Source: a virus. From it: a stretch of DNA of 64,000 nt. Positions 19,222 to 28,411 of this stretch are shown piece after piece. The notes under the pieces are model-generated. The model was not told the origin of the DNA. It did no database searches and was given only the letters and a program-made list of their open reading frames with translations. The position numbers were made by a program, and so were the translations under genes. Location of the stretch: positions 49,803-113,802 of IMG/VR virus record IMGVR_UViG_3300011335_000775. The stretch is one strand, 5' to 3'. How positions within the stretch are numbered: position 1 is the first letter of the stretch; each line of letters begins with the position of its first letter.

Positions 19222-19720
19222 CGCCTGGGCGCAAGGACATGTAGATCCTTGGTGGGGTCTACAGCATAGAGATCTAGCCTACATCAATGAACCATTCAAT
19301 GACCGTGTGGCCCTAAATGATTGGCGTGATTTGGGTTATACACAAAGCAGATTCACCGGCAATATGTATGACATGCGAAATGCAGCACCTGACTGGATTG
19401 ATGGATTCTACAAGATATTTCCGTTTGAAAGATTTGCCTGGAGCGTGTATTGTATGCCTCCGGGATCTGTGTTGCCCGCACATAGTGATACCTATGATAG
19501 ATTCAAATTGATACACGGATTAGAAAACACACATTCTGTAGTGCGTACCATTGTGTTCATGGAAGACTGGTCCAGCGGACACTACTTAGAAATGAATGGT
19601 GCCCCTGTTACCAAATGGCATGCAGGAGATTGGGTAAGCTGGCGCGACGACTTTGTGCATTTAGCAGCCAACATGGGACGAACCGATCGATATACATTGC
19701 AACTTACCGGTACTGTATGA
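19199..19720 (+). CDS. Cupin / 2OG-Fe(II) oxygenase-like protein
   Basis: PG..LP.H.D ... H..AN.G...RYTLQ.TG. Confidence 0.7.
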   Translation: MATPVQNNAWAQGHVDPWWGLQHRDLAYINEPFNDRVALNDWRDLGYTQSRFTGNMYDMRNAAPDWIDGFYKIFPFERFAWSVYCMPPGSVLPAHSDTYDRFKLIHGLENTHSVVRTIVFMEDWSSGHYLEMNGAPVTKWHAGDWVSWRDDFVHLAANMGRTDRYTLQLTGTV

Positions 19721-20634
19721 AAATCCACAGTTTCAATGAATGGGATCCGCTGCGATCCGTGGTAGTAGGGCGTGCTGATCATGCCAATTGGCCGTCAAAA
19801 GATCCTGTGTTTCGTTCTGAAAGTGAACGCACATTGTGGAAAGAAACTCCGTTACCATCGGGCCCAGTGCCTGACTGGATCATTGCAGAAGCCAATCAAG
19901 ACCTTGATCAACTGGCCGGTATATTACGATCATTGAATGTAGAAGTATTTCGTCCAAGTGATCTTGATTTTCAAGAACACAATGGCATGTATAACTATTG
20001 CCCTAGAGATCGATTGTTAGTGTATGGTGATACTGTTGTTAATCCTGCCATGATGTATCCTTGCAGAGATATGGAAATTGAATGCTATCGTGACATAGCA
20101 GATGCTGCCAACAACTATCTATTCATGCCCAGACATGAAGGCATGACCCTGGACGCGGCCAACATAGCACGACTCAATGACAAATGGATCTTTTTAGAAT
20201 CTGCATCGGGCAATCGTGCTGCATATGATTGGTTGTGTAAACACTTCCCCCGAGTTGATATTGAGTTGGTTAATTTTTACGCAGGGGTGCATATTGACTC
20301 AACCATAGTGCCGTTACGTGAAGGCCTGGTCTTGGTCAACGGCAGTAGAGTCACTACAGAAAACTTACCACGGGTATTGAAAGACTGGGAAGTGATCTAT
20401 TGCAATCATGTGGAAGAACAAGGATTCTACCAGTATCCATATGCATCAAAATGGATAGCATTAAACATGCTGGTTGTAAATCCACACACAGTGATTGTGG
20501 ATAAGAATCAACCCATGTTGATTGATTTCCTGGAAAAGAATCAATTCACAGTGGTACCTATGCAACTACGTCATAGTCGAACATTGGGCGGCGGGTTTCA
20601 TTGTGTCACACTAGACCTGCATAGAGAGCCATGA
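19717..20634 (+). CDS. Amidinotransferase (glycine / inosamine-phosphate amidinotransferase family)
   Basis: NEWDPL..V.VG, CPRD, HID, GGGFHC.TLD catalytic Cys. Confidence 0.9.
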   Translation: MKIHSFNEWDPLRSVVVGRADHANWPSKDPVFRSESERTLWKETPLPSGPVPDWIIAEANQDLDQLAGILRSLNVEVFRPSDLDFQEHNGMYNYCPRDRLLVYGDTVVNPAMMYPCRDMEIECYRDIADAANNYLFMPRHEGMTLDAANIARLNDKWIFLESASGNRAAYDWLCKHFPRVDIELVNFYAGVHIDSTIVPLREGLVLVNGSRVTTENLPRVLKDWEVIYCNHVEEQGFYQYPYASKWIALNMLVVNPHTVIVDKNQPMLIDFLEKNQFTVVPMQLRHSRTLGGGFHCVTLDLHREP

Positions 20635-21176
20635 ACGTAGCATGGTTATTTGCCGAGAATACCATGCTGCCTCCTACCACACCGGTGCAGGCCATAAAAA
20701 ATCTTGCACCCATTTGGGGCAGCTGGCGCACCCAACGAGGCTATAACACCGACAATGTGGTGTGTTGGGATGCAGAGCAAGCCACAAAGTTGGTAGCACA
20801 AGGATATGCAAAGATATGCAATCTTTATATTCCACAAACAGTTTATGAACAGTTGAAGTCTCCAAAAGGTGTGCGAGCATTTGGCGGCGAGTTTGATTTT
20901 GTTGTGGATTCGGTTGATGACATAATTGCTGCCCATTTGGTAGCAAGTGTAGCTGATGTGATCCTTATGGTAGGATTTGATCTGGAAACCAAACTTACCC
21001 AACGCAGAACCAACTATGTTGGACTGCTAGCCGAAGCTGTACGCAGCAGCGGTAAACAATGGGTTGTGGTAGATCATCACACTGATCTTGCCGAACCCAT
21101 CCAAAAACTTGCCAATATCACTAGAGATCTATTGCCAAATGTGTTACAATTGTTGGGTAACAACAACGGTGAATAA
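20631..21176 (+). CDS. Hypothetical protein (Rossmann-like, possibly glycan-related)
   Basis: ILMVGFDL motif; coupled to the amidinotransferase. Confidence 0.55.
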   Translation: MNVAWLFAENTMLPPTTPVQAIKNLAPIWGSWRTQRGYNTDNVVCWDAEQATKLVAQGYAKICNLYIPQTVYEQLKSPKGVRAFGGEFDFVVDSVDDIIAAHLVASVADVILMVGFDLETKLTQRRTNYVGLLAEAVRSSGKQWVVVDHHTDLAEPIQKLANITRDLLPNVLQLLGNNNGE

Positions 21177-21178
21177 CT

Positions 21179-22201
21179 ATGCATCCTCGATTTGGTTTCT
21201 GCTGCAAATGGCTCAACAATCCTGATGAAACCGGCGGTATGAAAGTCAACGCTGTTGATCGTGATATCAATGGCCGAAGTACCACCATGCGTTGGCTACG
21301 CGAACACAAAGATCTAGCTGAACAACGTCAGTGGGATATCATGAATCACAATGCTCGTGCAGCATTGATGATGGTAGAACGTGTGGGTGCAATGGCACCT
21401 GAACGACGTATGGTACGCCTAGGCAGTGAAATGCTACAAGGCTATACTGAACCCAGCTGGATTGCATGGTGGCAACGTCAAGAAATACAAGACCACTGTG
21501 CAAAAATCTTTGCCCCTATTGGTGAAGCTGCACGGCGACTTGGTGTGCGGATCAGTTTCCATCCAGGTCAGTTTTGTGTGTTGGCATCAGAAGCTGATGA
21601 AATTGTAGAACGCAGTATCTTGGAATTTGAGTATCATGTGGACATGGCTCGTTGGATGGGATACGGCAGCACCTGGCATGATCACGGTTTTAAAATTAAT
21701 ATACATTTGTCGGGCAAAGGCGGCCCTGCAAAGTTCCTACGCACTCTGGGTCGACTTACCCCAGAAGCTAGGAATCTAATCGCTATTGAAAATGATGAAA
21801 TGACCAATGGGATCGACGTTACTTTACTTGTGGCTGAGCATTGCGCTCTTACGCTGGACATCCACCATCACTGGATCCGAACTGGAGAATACATCACTCC
21901 TACAGATGATCGCTCGCGTCGTGTTCTGGAGTCTTGGCGTGGTACTCGTCCTGCTCTTCACTATAGTGTTAGCCGTGAAGACGTTTTGGTGGATCACGAT
22001 GCCAATACTCGGCCCGACCTTGAGCAACTCCTTGCTGCTGGATACCGCAAGCAGAAACTGCGAGCTCATAGTGACTTCTTGTGGAATACGGCTGTGACTG
22101 ACTGGGCTGTGACCTTTAGTAAAGAATGGGATATGCAAGTTGAAGCCAAAGGCAAAAATCTGGCCACTGACCAATTGCACCAACATTGGCTAAGTCTGTA
22201 A
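21179..22201 (+). CDS. uvsE: UV-damage endonuclease UvsE/UVDE
   Basis: RLGS, SFHPGQF, INIH, IENDE, LDIHHH, H.S, AHSD, EAK.K. Confidence 0.92.
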   Translation: MHPRFGFCCKWLNNPDETGGMKVNAVDRDINGRSTTMRWLREHKDLAEQRQWDIMNHNARAALMMVERVGAMAPERRMVRLGSEMLQGYTEPSWIAWWQRQEIQDHCAKIFAPIGEAARRLGVRISFHPGQFCVLASEADEIVERSILEFEYHVDMARWMGYGSTWHDHGFKINIHLSGKGGPAKFLRTLGRLTPEARNLIAIENDEMTNGIDVTLLVAEHCALTLDIHHHWIRTGEYITPTDDRSRRVLESWRGTRPALHYSVSREDVLVDHDANTRPDLEQLLAAGYRKQKLRAHSDFLWNTAVTDWAVTFSKEWDMQVEAKGKNLATDQLHQHWLSL

Positions 22202-22217
22202 CACAATTGTAACAATT
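22196..22217 (+). promoter_or_regulatory. Pho-box-like PhoB site upstream of pstS
   Basis: CTGTAAC-ACAA-TTGTAAC, 11-bp-phased direct repeat. Confidence 0.75.
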
Positions 22218-22255
22218 TTGTGTTTAAATAACTATATCAACCAAAGGAAACATCA

Positions 22256-23251
22256 ATGAAAAAACTCATCGCCATGCTACTCACAGCAGTTGCATTCTCA
22301 GCAACAGCACAAGAAATTACCGGAGCCGGAGCAACATTTCCGGCTCCCCTATATTCAAAGTGGGCAAGTGATTATAATAAATCTACCAACATCAAGATCA
22401 ACTATCAATCAGTAGGATCAGGTGCAGGTATCAAACAAATTGAAGCCAAGACAGTTACATTCGGTGCCAGCGATATGCCACTGACTGATGAAAAACTAGC
22501 AGCATTGGGCTTGTTCCAATTCCCCACCGTGATTGGCGGAGTGGTACCAGTTATCAATCTCAAAGGTATTGAACCTGGACAAATGAAACTGTCCGGTCCT
22601 GTAATTGCAGACATCTTCTTGGGCAAGATTACCAAGTGGGACGACGCTGCTATCAAGACATTGAACCCCGCATTGGCATTGCCCAGTACAGATATCACAG
22701 TTGTTCGCCGTGCAGACGGATCAGGTACAACATTTATCTGGACCAACTATCTAAGCAAAGTAAGTCGAGAGTTCAAAGATGTCATTGGTGAAGGCACTGC
22801 TGTGAGTTGGAAAGTAGGAGCAGGCGGCAAAGGCAATGAAGGTGTTGCAGCCATGGTTAGACAACTTCCAGGCACACTAGGATATGTTGAATATGCTTAT
22901 GTAAAACAAGCCAAGATGAATTGGGTCAATGTACAAAATGCAGCAGGTACATGGGTTGCACCCACAGAAGATACTTTCAAGGCAGCGGCTGCTAATGCAG
23001 ACTGGAACAAGTCATACTATCAAATTCTTACCAACCAAGCAGGTAAGGAAGCATGGCCCATCACTGGTGCTACATTTATCCTGGTACACACCAAGCCAGA
23101 CGATGCTGCTAAATCCAAAACTGCTATGGCTTTCTTTGATTGGGTATTTGCCAATGGTGACAAGGCCGCAGATGATTTAGATTATGTTGCTTTACCCACA
23201 GCAGTCAAAACAAAGATCCGGGCAGATTGGAAACAGCTGGGATTGAATTAA
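22256..23251 (+). CDS. pstS: Phosphate ABC transporter periplasmic binding protein
   Basis: GAGATFP, GSGAG, FGASD, RADGSGTT, GKGNEGV, WPI; signal peptide. Confidence 0.97.
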   Translation: MKKLIAMLLTAVAFSATAQEITGAGATFPAPLYSKWASDYNKSTNIKINYQSVGSGAGIKQIEAKTVTFGASDMPLTDEKLAALGLFQFPTVIGGVVPVINLKGIEPGQMKLSGPVIADIFLGKITKWDDAAIKTLNPALALPSTDITVVRRADGSGTTFIWTNYLSKVSREFKDVIGEGTAVSWKVGAGGKGNEGVAAMVRQLPGTLGYVEYAYVKQAKMNWVNVQNAAGTWVAPTEDTFKAAAANADWNKSYYQILTNQAGKEAWPITGATFILVHTKPDDAAKSKTAMAFFDWVFANGDKAADDLDYVALPTAVKTKIRADWKQLGLN

Positions 23252-23298
23252 ACCGACCGCAAAATTGGGCGGACGCTGGAACTCGTAACCAGCACTAA

Positions 23299-23318
23299 GG
23301 GCCGAAAGGCTCTTTTTT
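23299..23318 (+). terminator. Rho-independent terminator
   Basis: GGGCC-GAAA-GGCTC plus T run. Confidence 0.8.
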
Positions 23319-23370
23319 ATTGGCTTTTATTTCAATAACGGTATAAATAGTTTTTGAGGATGGGCATGTT

Positions 23371-23529
23371 ATGAAACAATCAAAATTGATCACAAAATTA
23401 TACCGGGCCTGTGTTGCTCACGATAGCGAAGCAATTGCAAAACTGCGTAAAAAAGAGTTTGAAAAAATATTAAAACACAAAGCCCAGGGCAAACTATTTA
23501 CATCCAAGTGGACCTTGGTACAGATTTAA
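23371..23529 (+). CDS. Small basic protein, 52 aa ([11 protein letters not shown]...)
   Basis: Manual translation; TATAAATA at 23343 and GAGGA upstream. Confidence 0.6.
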   Translation: MKQSKLITKLYRACVAHDSEAIAKLRKKEFEKILKHKAQGKLFTSKWTLVQI

Positions 23530-23546
23530 TGTAACACAACTGTAAC
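23529..23546 (+). promoter_or_regulatory. Second Pho-box-like site
   Basis: ATGTAAC-ACAA-CTGTAAC followed by TATGAT (-10-like) and TAAATA. Confidence 0.75.
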
Positions 23547-23578
23547 ATGATTAGTATGATTTTCTGCGTAAATACCCT

Positions 23579-24343
23579 ATGCAGAAAACATACCGATCAA
23601 TCTTTGTATCTGACGTACACCTTGGTACACGAGATAGCCAAGCTGAAAAGTTAAACAATTTTCTCAAACACAACACCTGTGATACTCTCTACCTTGTGGG
23701 AGATATCATTGATGCATGGAGAATTCAACAAAACAAATGGCGCTGGAAACAAAGCCACACCAATGTGGTACGGCGTGTGCTAGGTCATGCCAAACGTGGT
23801 ACCCGTGTGGTTTATATTGCAGGCAATCATGACGAATTCCTGCGCCCAATGATACCATATGGGTTCAGCTTTGGACTAGTAGAAATACACAATCAAATTG
23901 AACATATAGGCGCAAACGGCAAACATTATCTTGTGGTACACGGAGACTTGTTTGACGGTATAACTAGACTAGCACCATGGATAGCATTTTTAGGAGACAA
24001 GGCATATGATGTCATTTTATCGTTTAATAGCAAATTTAATTGGGTACGTCATCGTTTTGGTTTTGGGTACTTTAGTCTTAGTCAATATCTCAAAACAAGG
24101 GTAAAAAAAGCAGTAGACTTCATATTCCATTTTGAGAAGAATCTTGCTGGCTATTGTAAGAAACGTGGGTTCGATGGAGTAATCTGCGGGCACATACATC
24201 ATGCAGAGATAAAAGAGATAGACGGTGTGATCTACATGAATGACGGCGACTGGGTCGAGTCTTGTACTGCATTAGTAGAACGTCACGACGGCACGTGGGA
24301 AATAGTTACTTGGACCAAGGAGAAAGACGATGAAACTCAGTGA
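23579..24343 (+). CDS. PlcP-like phospholipase C / LpxH-family metallophosphoesterase
   Basis: SDVHLG, LVGDIID.W, W.QSH, GNHDEFLR, HGD.FD, CGHIH, Y.NDGDWVESCTALVE. Confidence 0.85.
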   Translation: MQKTYRSIFVSDVHLGTRDSQAEKLNNFLKHNTCDTLYLVGDIIDAWRIQQNKWRWKQSHTNVVRRVLGHAKRGTRVVYIAGNHDEFLRPMIPYGFSFGLVEIHNQIEHIGANGKHYLVVHGDLFDGITRLAPWIAFLGDKAYDVILSFNSKFNWVRHRFGFGYFSLSQYLKTRVKKAVDFIFHFEKNLAGYCKKRGFDGVICGHIHHAEIKEIDGVIYMNDGDWVESCTALVERHDGTWEIVTWTKEKDDETQ

Positions 24344-25040
24344 TAAAATTACTATTGTAGTACCTTGCAAAAACGAAGAAACGTATATTCATCATCTGTT
24401 GGACACGTTGCGTTCGCAGAACATTGGTGATACCAGAATCATCATCGCTGACTGTTCTACAGACAACACTAGACAAGTTATACAGGATAACAGTTTTGAA
24501 TTGAATGTTGAAATAATTCCTGGTGGGACAGTTAGTGTTGCCAAGAACAACGGAGCACGATTGGCCACCACACCATACATCTTGTTCATTGACGCCGATG
24601 TGCGTTTCTTTAAGTATGATGTGATTCGTGATGCTGTTGATAAAATTGAATCTGGCAATTTAGATCTTGTGGGATTGAACATCAAATGCTATGACCGAGA
24701 CTTAAGAGCAAAAGTTGGGTTTGTTGTTTTTAACACAATTAATCACACATTGAAATATTTTTCTCCCTTTGCTGTTGGGGCATTCATGCTGACTCGTCGA
24801 GATAGATTTGAAGAATACGGTGGTTTTCCAGAAAACTTTTCAACATCAGAAGACTACTTTTTATCAAGAAAGTACAGCCCTCAGAAGTTCAAAATTGTCA
24901 GGCATCATCTTGGACAAGATAGTCGACGGTTTAAAAAGATGGGATATTTTGGCATGGCCCGATATCTTGTGACAAATTTCATCAATCGCAATAACAAAAA
25001 GTACTGGGATAAATTGGACTCAAGTAAGTATTGGAATTAA
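24330..25040 (+). CDS. GT2-family glycosyltransferase
   Basis: IVVP.KNEE, D.STD.T, N.GA, FIDAD, GGF, ED. Confidence 0.88.
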   Translation: MKLSDKITIVVPCKNEETYIHHLLDTLRSQNIGDTRIIIADCSTDNTRQVIQDNSFELNVEIIPGGTVSVAKNNGARLATTPYILFIDADVRFFKYDVIRDAVDKIESGNLDLVGLNIKCYDRDLRAKVGFVVFNTINHTLKYFSPFAVGAFMLTRRDRFEEYGGFPENFSTSEDYFLSRKYSPQKFKIVRHHLGQDSRRFKKMGYFGMARYLVTNFINRNNKKYWDKLDSSKYWN

Positions 25041-25080
25041 AATTGTATATTACGAGACAGTTGCGATACTAAGTATCTGT

Positions 25081-25248
25081 ATGAGTTGGTTTAAACGTAG
25101 ACCCCCAAGGCCGCCTCCTCCGCCGGCACATACTGATGTATTTCAACATAATTATTACATTCAATGACGTATTGTTTTTATTAGCGTGTGTTCCGTTGGC
25201 GATGATATTTTGGGTGATGTTCAAAGACTGGATAAAGGATCGGCACTA
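25081..25248 (+). CDS. Small Pro-rich single-TM protein, 55 aa
   Basis: Manual translation MSWFKRRPPRPPPPP...; TAAGTA-N5-ATG. Confidence 0.55.
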
Positions 25249-25848
25249 ACCTCCGTTTTTTGCAGCCTCTTCTAATTCCAACTGTCTTTGTTGTTGTTGC
25301 TGTCTCTTAATTTGCTCATATCTCAGTTGCTTGGCTTCGTATGCTTTTTTTTCTTCAGCCATGCCGTAAAACTGAAGACCTAACATAACAATCACCGTGA
25401 TAAGAAACCCAAACGCAATAATGTATGTGCCCATCATTCCAAACTGGGCCATTTTTTCTTTGTGAGCTTGTTTGGCTTTTGCAGCTTCTGCTTCACCTTC
25501 GCGTTTTTCTCTTAGTAATCTGGCACGCTCTGCAATCATTTCTTCCCAGATTTGAGGCTTGCCCATTTCCCATATGATCATATCTTTAAGGGCTTTTTCA
25601 TCTTCACGCAACTGATTACTGTGCATGGCAAATTCAAGTGCCTGACGACCCAACTGCGCATCCGACTTGCCCATGGCACTGTGCTTGGCTTTGATGCTGG
25701 CCAAATGCACCGTGTCGGCAGCTTCAAAGAACTTGCCCATTTGCCCAATGATGCCGTTGACATCTTTGCCCAAGGCAATGGCTTGTTTGATATAACCTAC
25801 TGCTTGTTGTGCTGCTGTAAAAGCAAGACCAATGGTAATTGGGTCCAT
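25246..25848 (-). CDS. Membrane-anchored coiled-coil protein (MDPIT family)
   Basis: ORF with C-terminal TM and coiled coil. Confidence 0.65.
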   Translation of the reverse strand: MDPITIGLAFTAAQQAVGYIKQAIALGKDVNGIIGQMGKFFEAADTVHLASIKAKHSAMGKSDAQLGRQALEFAMHSNQLREDEKALKDMIIWEMGKPQIWEEMIAERARLLREKREGEAEAAKAKQAHKEKMAQFGMMGTYIIAFGFLITVIVMLGLQFYGMAEEKKAYEAKQLRYEQIKRQQQQQRQLELEEAAKNGG

Positions 25849-25851
25849 GAC

Positions 25852-26082
25852 TTAAACACCCCCACGTTTACATATATCTTTGTGTAATCTATTTGAGCAA
25901 TCTTGTTTTGCCCATTCCGTACAATTTACTTTACCTTCAGCAGCAGTGCTGGCCCATTGCCACTTTACACAGATCCATACTTGATCTTTTGTTAATGTGT
26001 TGGATTTTTGTTCGCTGGCAACTACCATTATCAGCAATGGAAGTAAAATAACCAACCATCTTACAATGGAAACCATAGCCAA
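25852..26082 (-). CDS. Small exported Cys-rich protein
   Basis: Hydrophobic N-terminus, four Cys. Confidence 0.55.
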   Translation of the reverse strand: MAMVSIVRWLVILLPLLIMVVASEQKSNTLTKDQVWICVKWQWASTAAEGKVNCTEWAKQDCSNRLHKDICKRGGV

Positions 26083-26588
26083 ATTCCTTGGCTCATTAAC
26101 ACAGCACCAACCAAGCCCACACCAATACTGGCATAAAACATACCCATACTCACTGCCAGAATACTAGCACTTAACAACACAATACTGAGTTGTAATGCTG
26201 ATCCTGCAAAGGTCAGCCATGGGCTGTGTTTCTTTGCTTGATCACGAGAATTTTCCAGTGACCTGGCACGAGCCATGAGTTCTTTTTTGCCTTCGCCGGT
26301 GACCGGATCACTTTCGTAACGATCAATCCGGGCAGTGAGTTCTGCTACCTTCTTGACATCATGACGTGCTAGTGCATCATCTCGGGCATTTTCTGCAATG
26401 GTTTGCTTGATGCTTTTGCTTTGATAAAAGTTCCAGGTGTCATTGGCGCGGATGGTGTTGGTCAGCACTTCGCTGCTGAGACCATTGGCAATGTAAGTAT
26501 TCACAGCCAACATGGCTGCTATTACTGTGATTACCCAGCCTGCTCGATCTTTGATGTGTGCTTCGCGTTCACTACGTGATTCTGCCAT
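26061..26588 (-). CDS. DUF4337-like membrane protein
   Basis: D.W.FYQ.KSIKQ motif flanked by TM helices. Confidence 0.75.
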   Translation of the reverse strand: MAESRSEREAHIKDRAGWVITVIAAMLAVNTYIANGLSSEVLTNTIRANDTWNFYQSKSIKQTIAENARDDALARHDVKKVAELTARIDRYESDPVTGEGKKELMARARSLENSRDQAKKHSPWLTFAGSALQLSIVLLSASILAVSMGMFYASIGVGLVGAVLMSQGIWLWFPL

Positions 26589-26623
26589 GATTGCTCCTTG
26601 TTATTGTTGTTTTTAATCAAAAT

Positions 26624-26707
26624 AAAACCCCACTTGTATTTAAGTGGGGGTTGTGGCAGAAAAAGTTGGTGGTTTACTGCGGCGGCTTTTTGACTCTAGG
26701 CTTGGGT
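26624..26707. repeat. Direct repeat copy A (terminator/late-promoter hairpin plus 3' end encoding PKPRVKKPPQ*)
   Basis: 26661-26707 matches 27637-27683 with one mismatch; flanking hairpin also repeated. Confidence 0.85.
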
Positions 26708-27405
26708 ACAACTTTTTTAACTGTCACACGTCGCGGAGTATTACCTTCTTTATGTTTGATAACCATTACTAGTAAAATTAAACTTACATTTATAACAATA
26801 ATCATAGTCCAGGCAGCTGTCATATAAAATAAATATTCTGACTGCAATCTATTCACTACTAGGGTATAAAATTCATCAGTGGTGTTTACAATTTCTTTCT
26901 TGTATTTTTTGTAATCATCTCCAAACATCAACATCTGTGCTTCTGTATAATGATGCATCTGGATTTCAAAATTTAATTCTGGTCGTCCTTTGTCAATCCA
27001 GGCAAACGCTTGGACTTCTAGTTTGGCAAGATTGTTACTTAATTCTTCTGCTTTCAATAATCGATCCAATTCAGACTGCAAGAACGGTACTTCTTTTACT
27101 CTGTTTTTGAATGATTTTGTAATGTTCTTTTCATCTGGCATTTCACCGTTGCGTATTTTAAGTACATTGTTAAACTCTGTTCTCCATTGTTCGTTTTTGG
27201 TTGTTACAAAAAATCTGGCATAGTTAGTTAAATCGTCAGATGATTTGGCCATGGCACGACTAAGTGAAGCAGCATGGTTAAGTGTGGTCAACTGAGTTTC
27301 TGCACTTTTAAAACAACTAAGCACAGCCAAACTACAGAAGAATATAACCCCAGCAATAACATACGGAGTTTTCTTAAATTCTAAAATTTTATCTAATATT
27401 TTCAT
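26674..27405 (-). CDS. Two-TM periplasmic four-helix sensor-like domain lacking a cytoplasmic output domain
   Basis: SSDDLT..AR.FV.T....F...L.IRNG...E...L..A...SN.L..LE..AF...MFG..Y...K..I resembles N-terminal sensor domains of chemoreceptors, kinases and cyclases. Confidence 0.6.
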   Translation of the reverse strand: MKILDKILEFKKTPYVIAGVIFFCSLAVLSCFKSAETQLTTLNHAASLSRAMAKSSDDLTNYARFFVTTKNEQWRTEFNNVLKIRNGEMPDEKNITKSFKNRVKEVPFLQSELDRLLKAEELSNNLAKLEVQAFAWIDKGRPELNFEIQMHHYTEAQMLMFGDDYKKYKKEIVNTTDEFYTLVVNRLQSEYLFYMTAAWTMIIVINVSLILLVMVIKHKEGNTPRRVTVKKVVPKPRVKKPPQ

Positions 27406-27569
27406 GTTAATGTTTTCACTATTAATGCTAGTACCTGCTTGACTTCAGCCTGATAATTGGTGAGGATCACCATACCCATCCCCAACATAGCAGTTGGGAG
27501 ACTTTTTGATGATGAAGGAGGAGGAGGCGCAACTACTTTTCGTTTAGCAGTGACCTTTTTTGTTACCAT
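27402..27569 (-). CDS. Small protein, 55 aa (MVTKKVTAKRK...)
   Basis: Manual translation; GGAG SD; ATGA-coupled to the next gene. Confidence 0.55.
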   Translation of the reverse strand: MVTKKVTAKRKVVAPPPPSSSKSLPTAMLGMGMVILTNYQAEVKQVLALIVKTLT

Positions 27570-27600
27570 TATGTACTCCGTATTATTTTATGGGCAAAGA

Positions 27601-27683
27601 AAAACCCACTCGTATTTAAGTGGGTTTTTATGCTATAAAAGTTGGTGGTTTACTGTGGCGGCTTTTTGACTCTAGGCTTGGGT
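27601..27683. repeat. Direct repeat copy B
   Basis: See copy A; offset about 976 bp. Confidence 0.85.
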
Positions 27684-27964
27684 GTGGCTTTGATTGCTGC
27701 GGGGTTCTTTGCTGCTTTTGGTTCTGCTGGCTTCCTGGTAAACGTGCGTTTTTTCTTTTCAACAACTGGTACATTATCTGCAGGATTGCTGTTGGTAACA
27801 ACCAATGGAATTGGTGTTATTGCAACAGGTTCGGGAACTTTGTATGGTGCTGTGGCAGGTGCTTCTACCTTGTATGGTGCTGCGGCAACTGGGGCGGCAA
27901 CCGCTGTAATTTCGGGTTCAGCTGGTTTCCGGCCAGTAAAAAAGTCAATAATTTTCTTTAACAT
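27650..27964 (-). CDS. A/K/P-rich (histone-like) protein
   Basis: APYKV repeats, KPA/KAAK tail; SD AGGAG; TATAAATA late motif upstream. Confidence 0.7.
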   Translation of the reverse strand: MLKKIIDFFTGRKPAEPEITAVAAPVAAAPYKVEAPATAPYKVPEPVAITPIPLVVTNSNPADNVPVVEKKKRTFTRKPAEPKAAKNPAAIKATPKPRVKKPPQ

Positions 27965-28074
27965 GTTGTTGTCTCCTATATGTTATTTATAACTGAATAG
28001 TTTTTGGCAAAAAAATCTGACAGAATATTGCCTAAAAATGCTGCATTGCCGCAATTTGTCATATATAATAGCAC

Positions 28075-28131
28075 ATAGGATGCTGCACGGTGCGGGTCCT
28101 ATAGTCTACTTGCTTATCTAAGGAGAAACAT
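28075..28131 (+). promoter_or_regulatory. 5' UTR hairpin plus ROSE-like element, same architecture as the hsp20 leader
   Basis: ATAGGA-TG-CTGCA-CGG-TGCGG-G-TCCTAT; ACTTGCTTA...AAGGAGAAACA. Confidence 0.65.
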
Positions 28132-28410
28132 ATGTTTACAGCAGACACCATGATCGACACCATTCAAAATGGTAAAAAACAATTCGTTAAGACTTTTGTC
28201 ACCAACGAAACAATGGCCACTTCAATGAATCAATTTGTTGACATCCAAGCCGAATATACCAAGAAAGCTTTCAAAGCATCCACAGATGCAGCCACAGTGC
28301 TCATGCAAGAAGCTATCAAGGTAACTAAAGATGCTTCCAAATTTGACTACGTGAAGTTCGGCGAAGGCATCATGAAAGCCTATCAAACCACGCAGAAAAA
28401 GGGCGCCTAA
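28132..28410 (+). CDS. Phasin-like helical protein
   Basis: Small amphipathic all-helical A/K/T/Q-rich protein; phasin assignment is inference. Confidence 0.5.
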   Translation: MFTADTMIDTIQNGKKQFVKTFVTNETMATSMNQFVDIQAEYTKKAFKASTDAATVLMQEAIKVTKDASKFDYVKFGEGIMKAYQTTQKKGA

Positions 28411-28411
28411 T

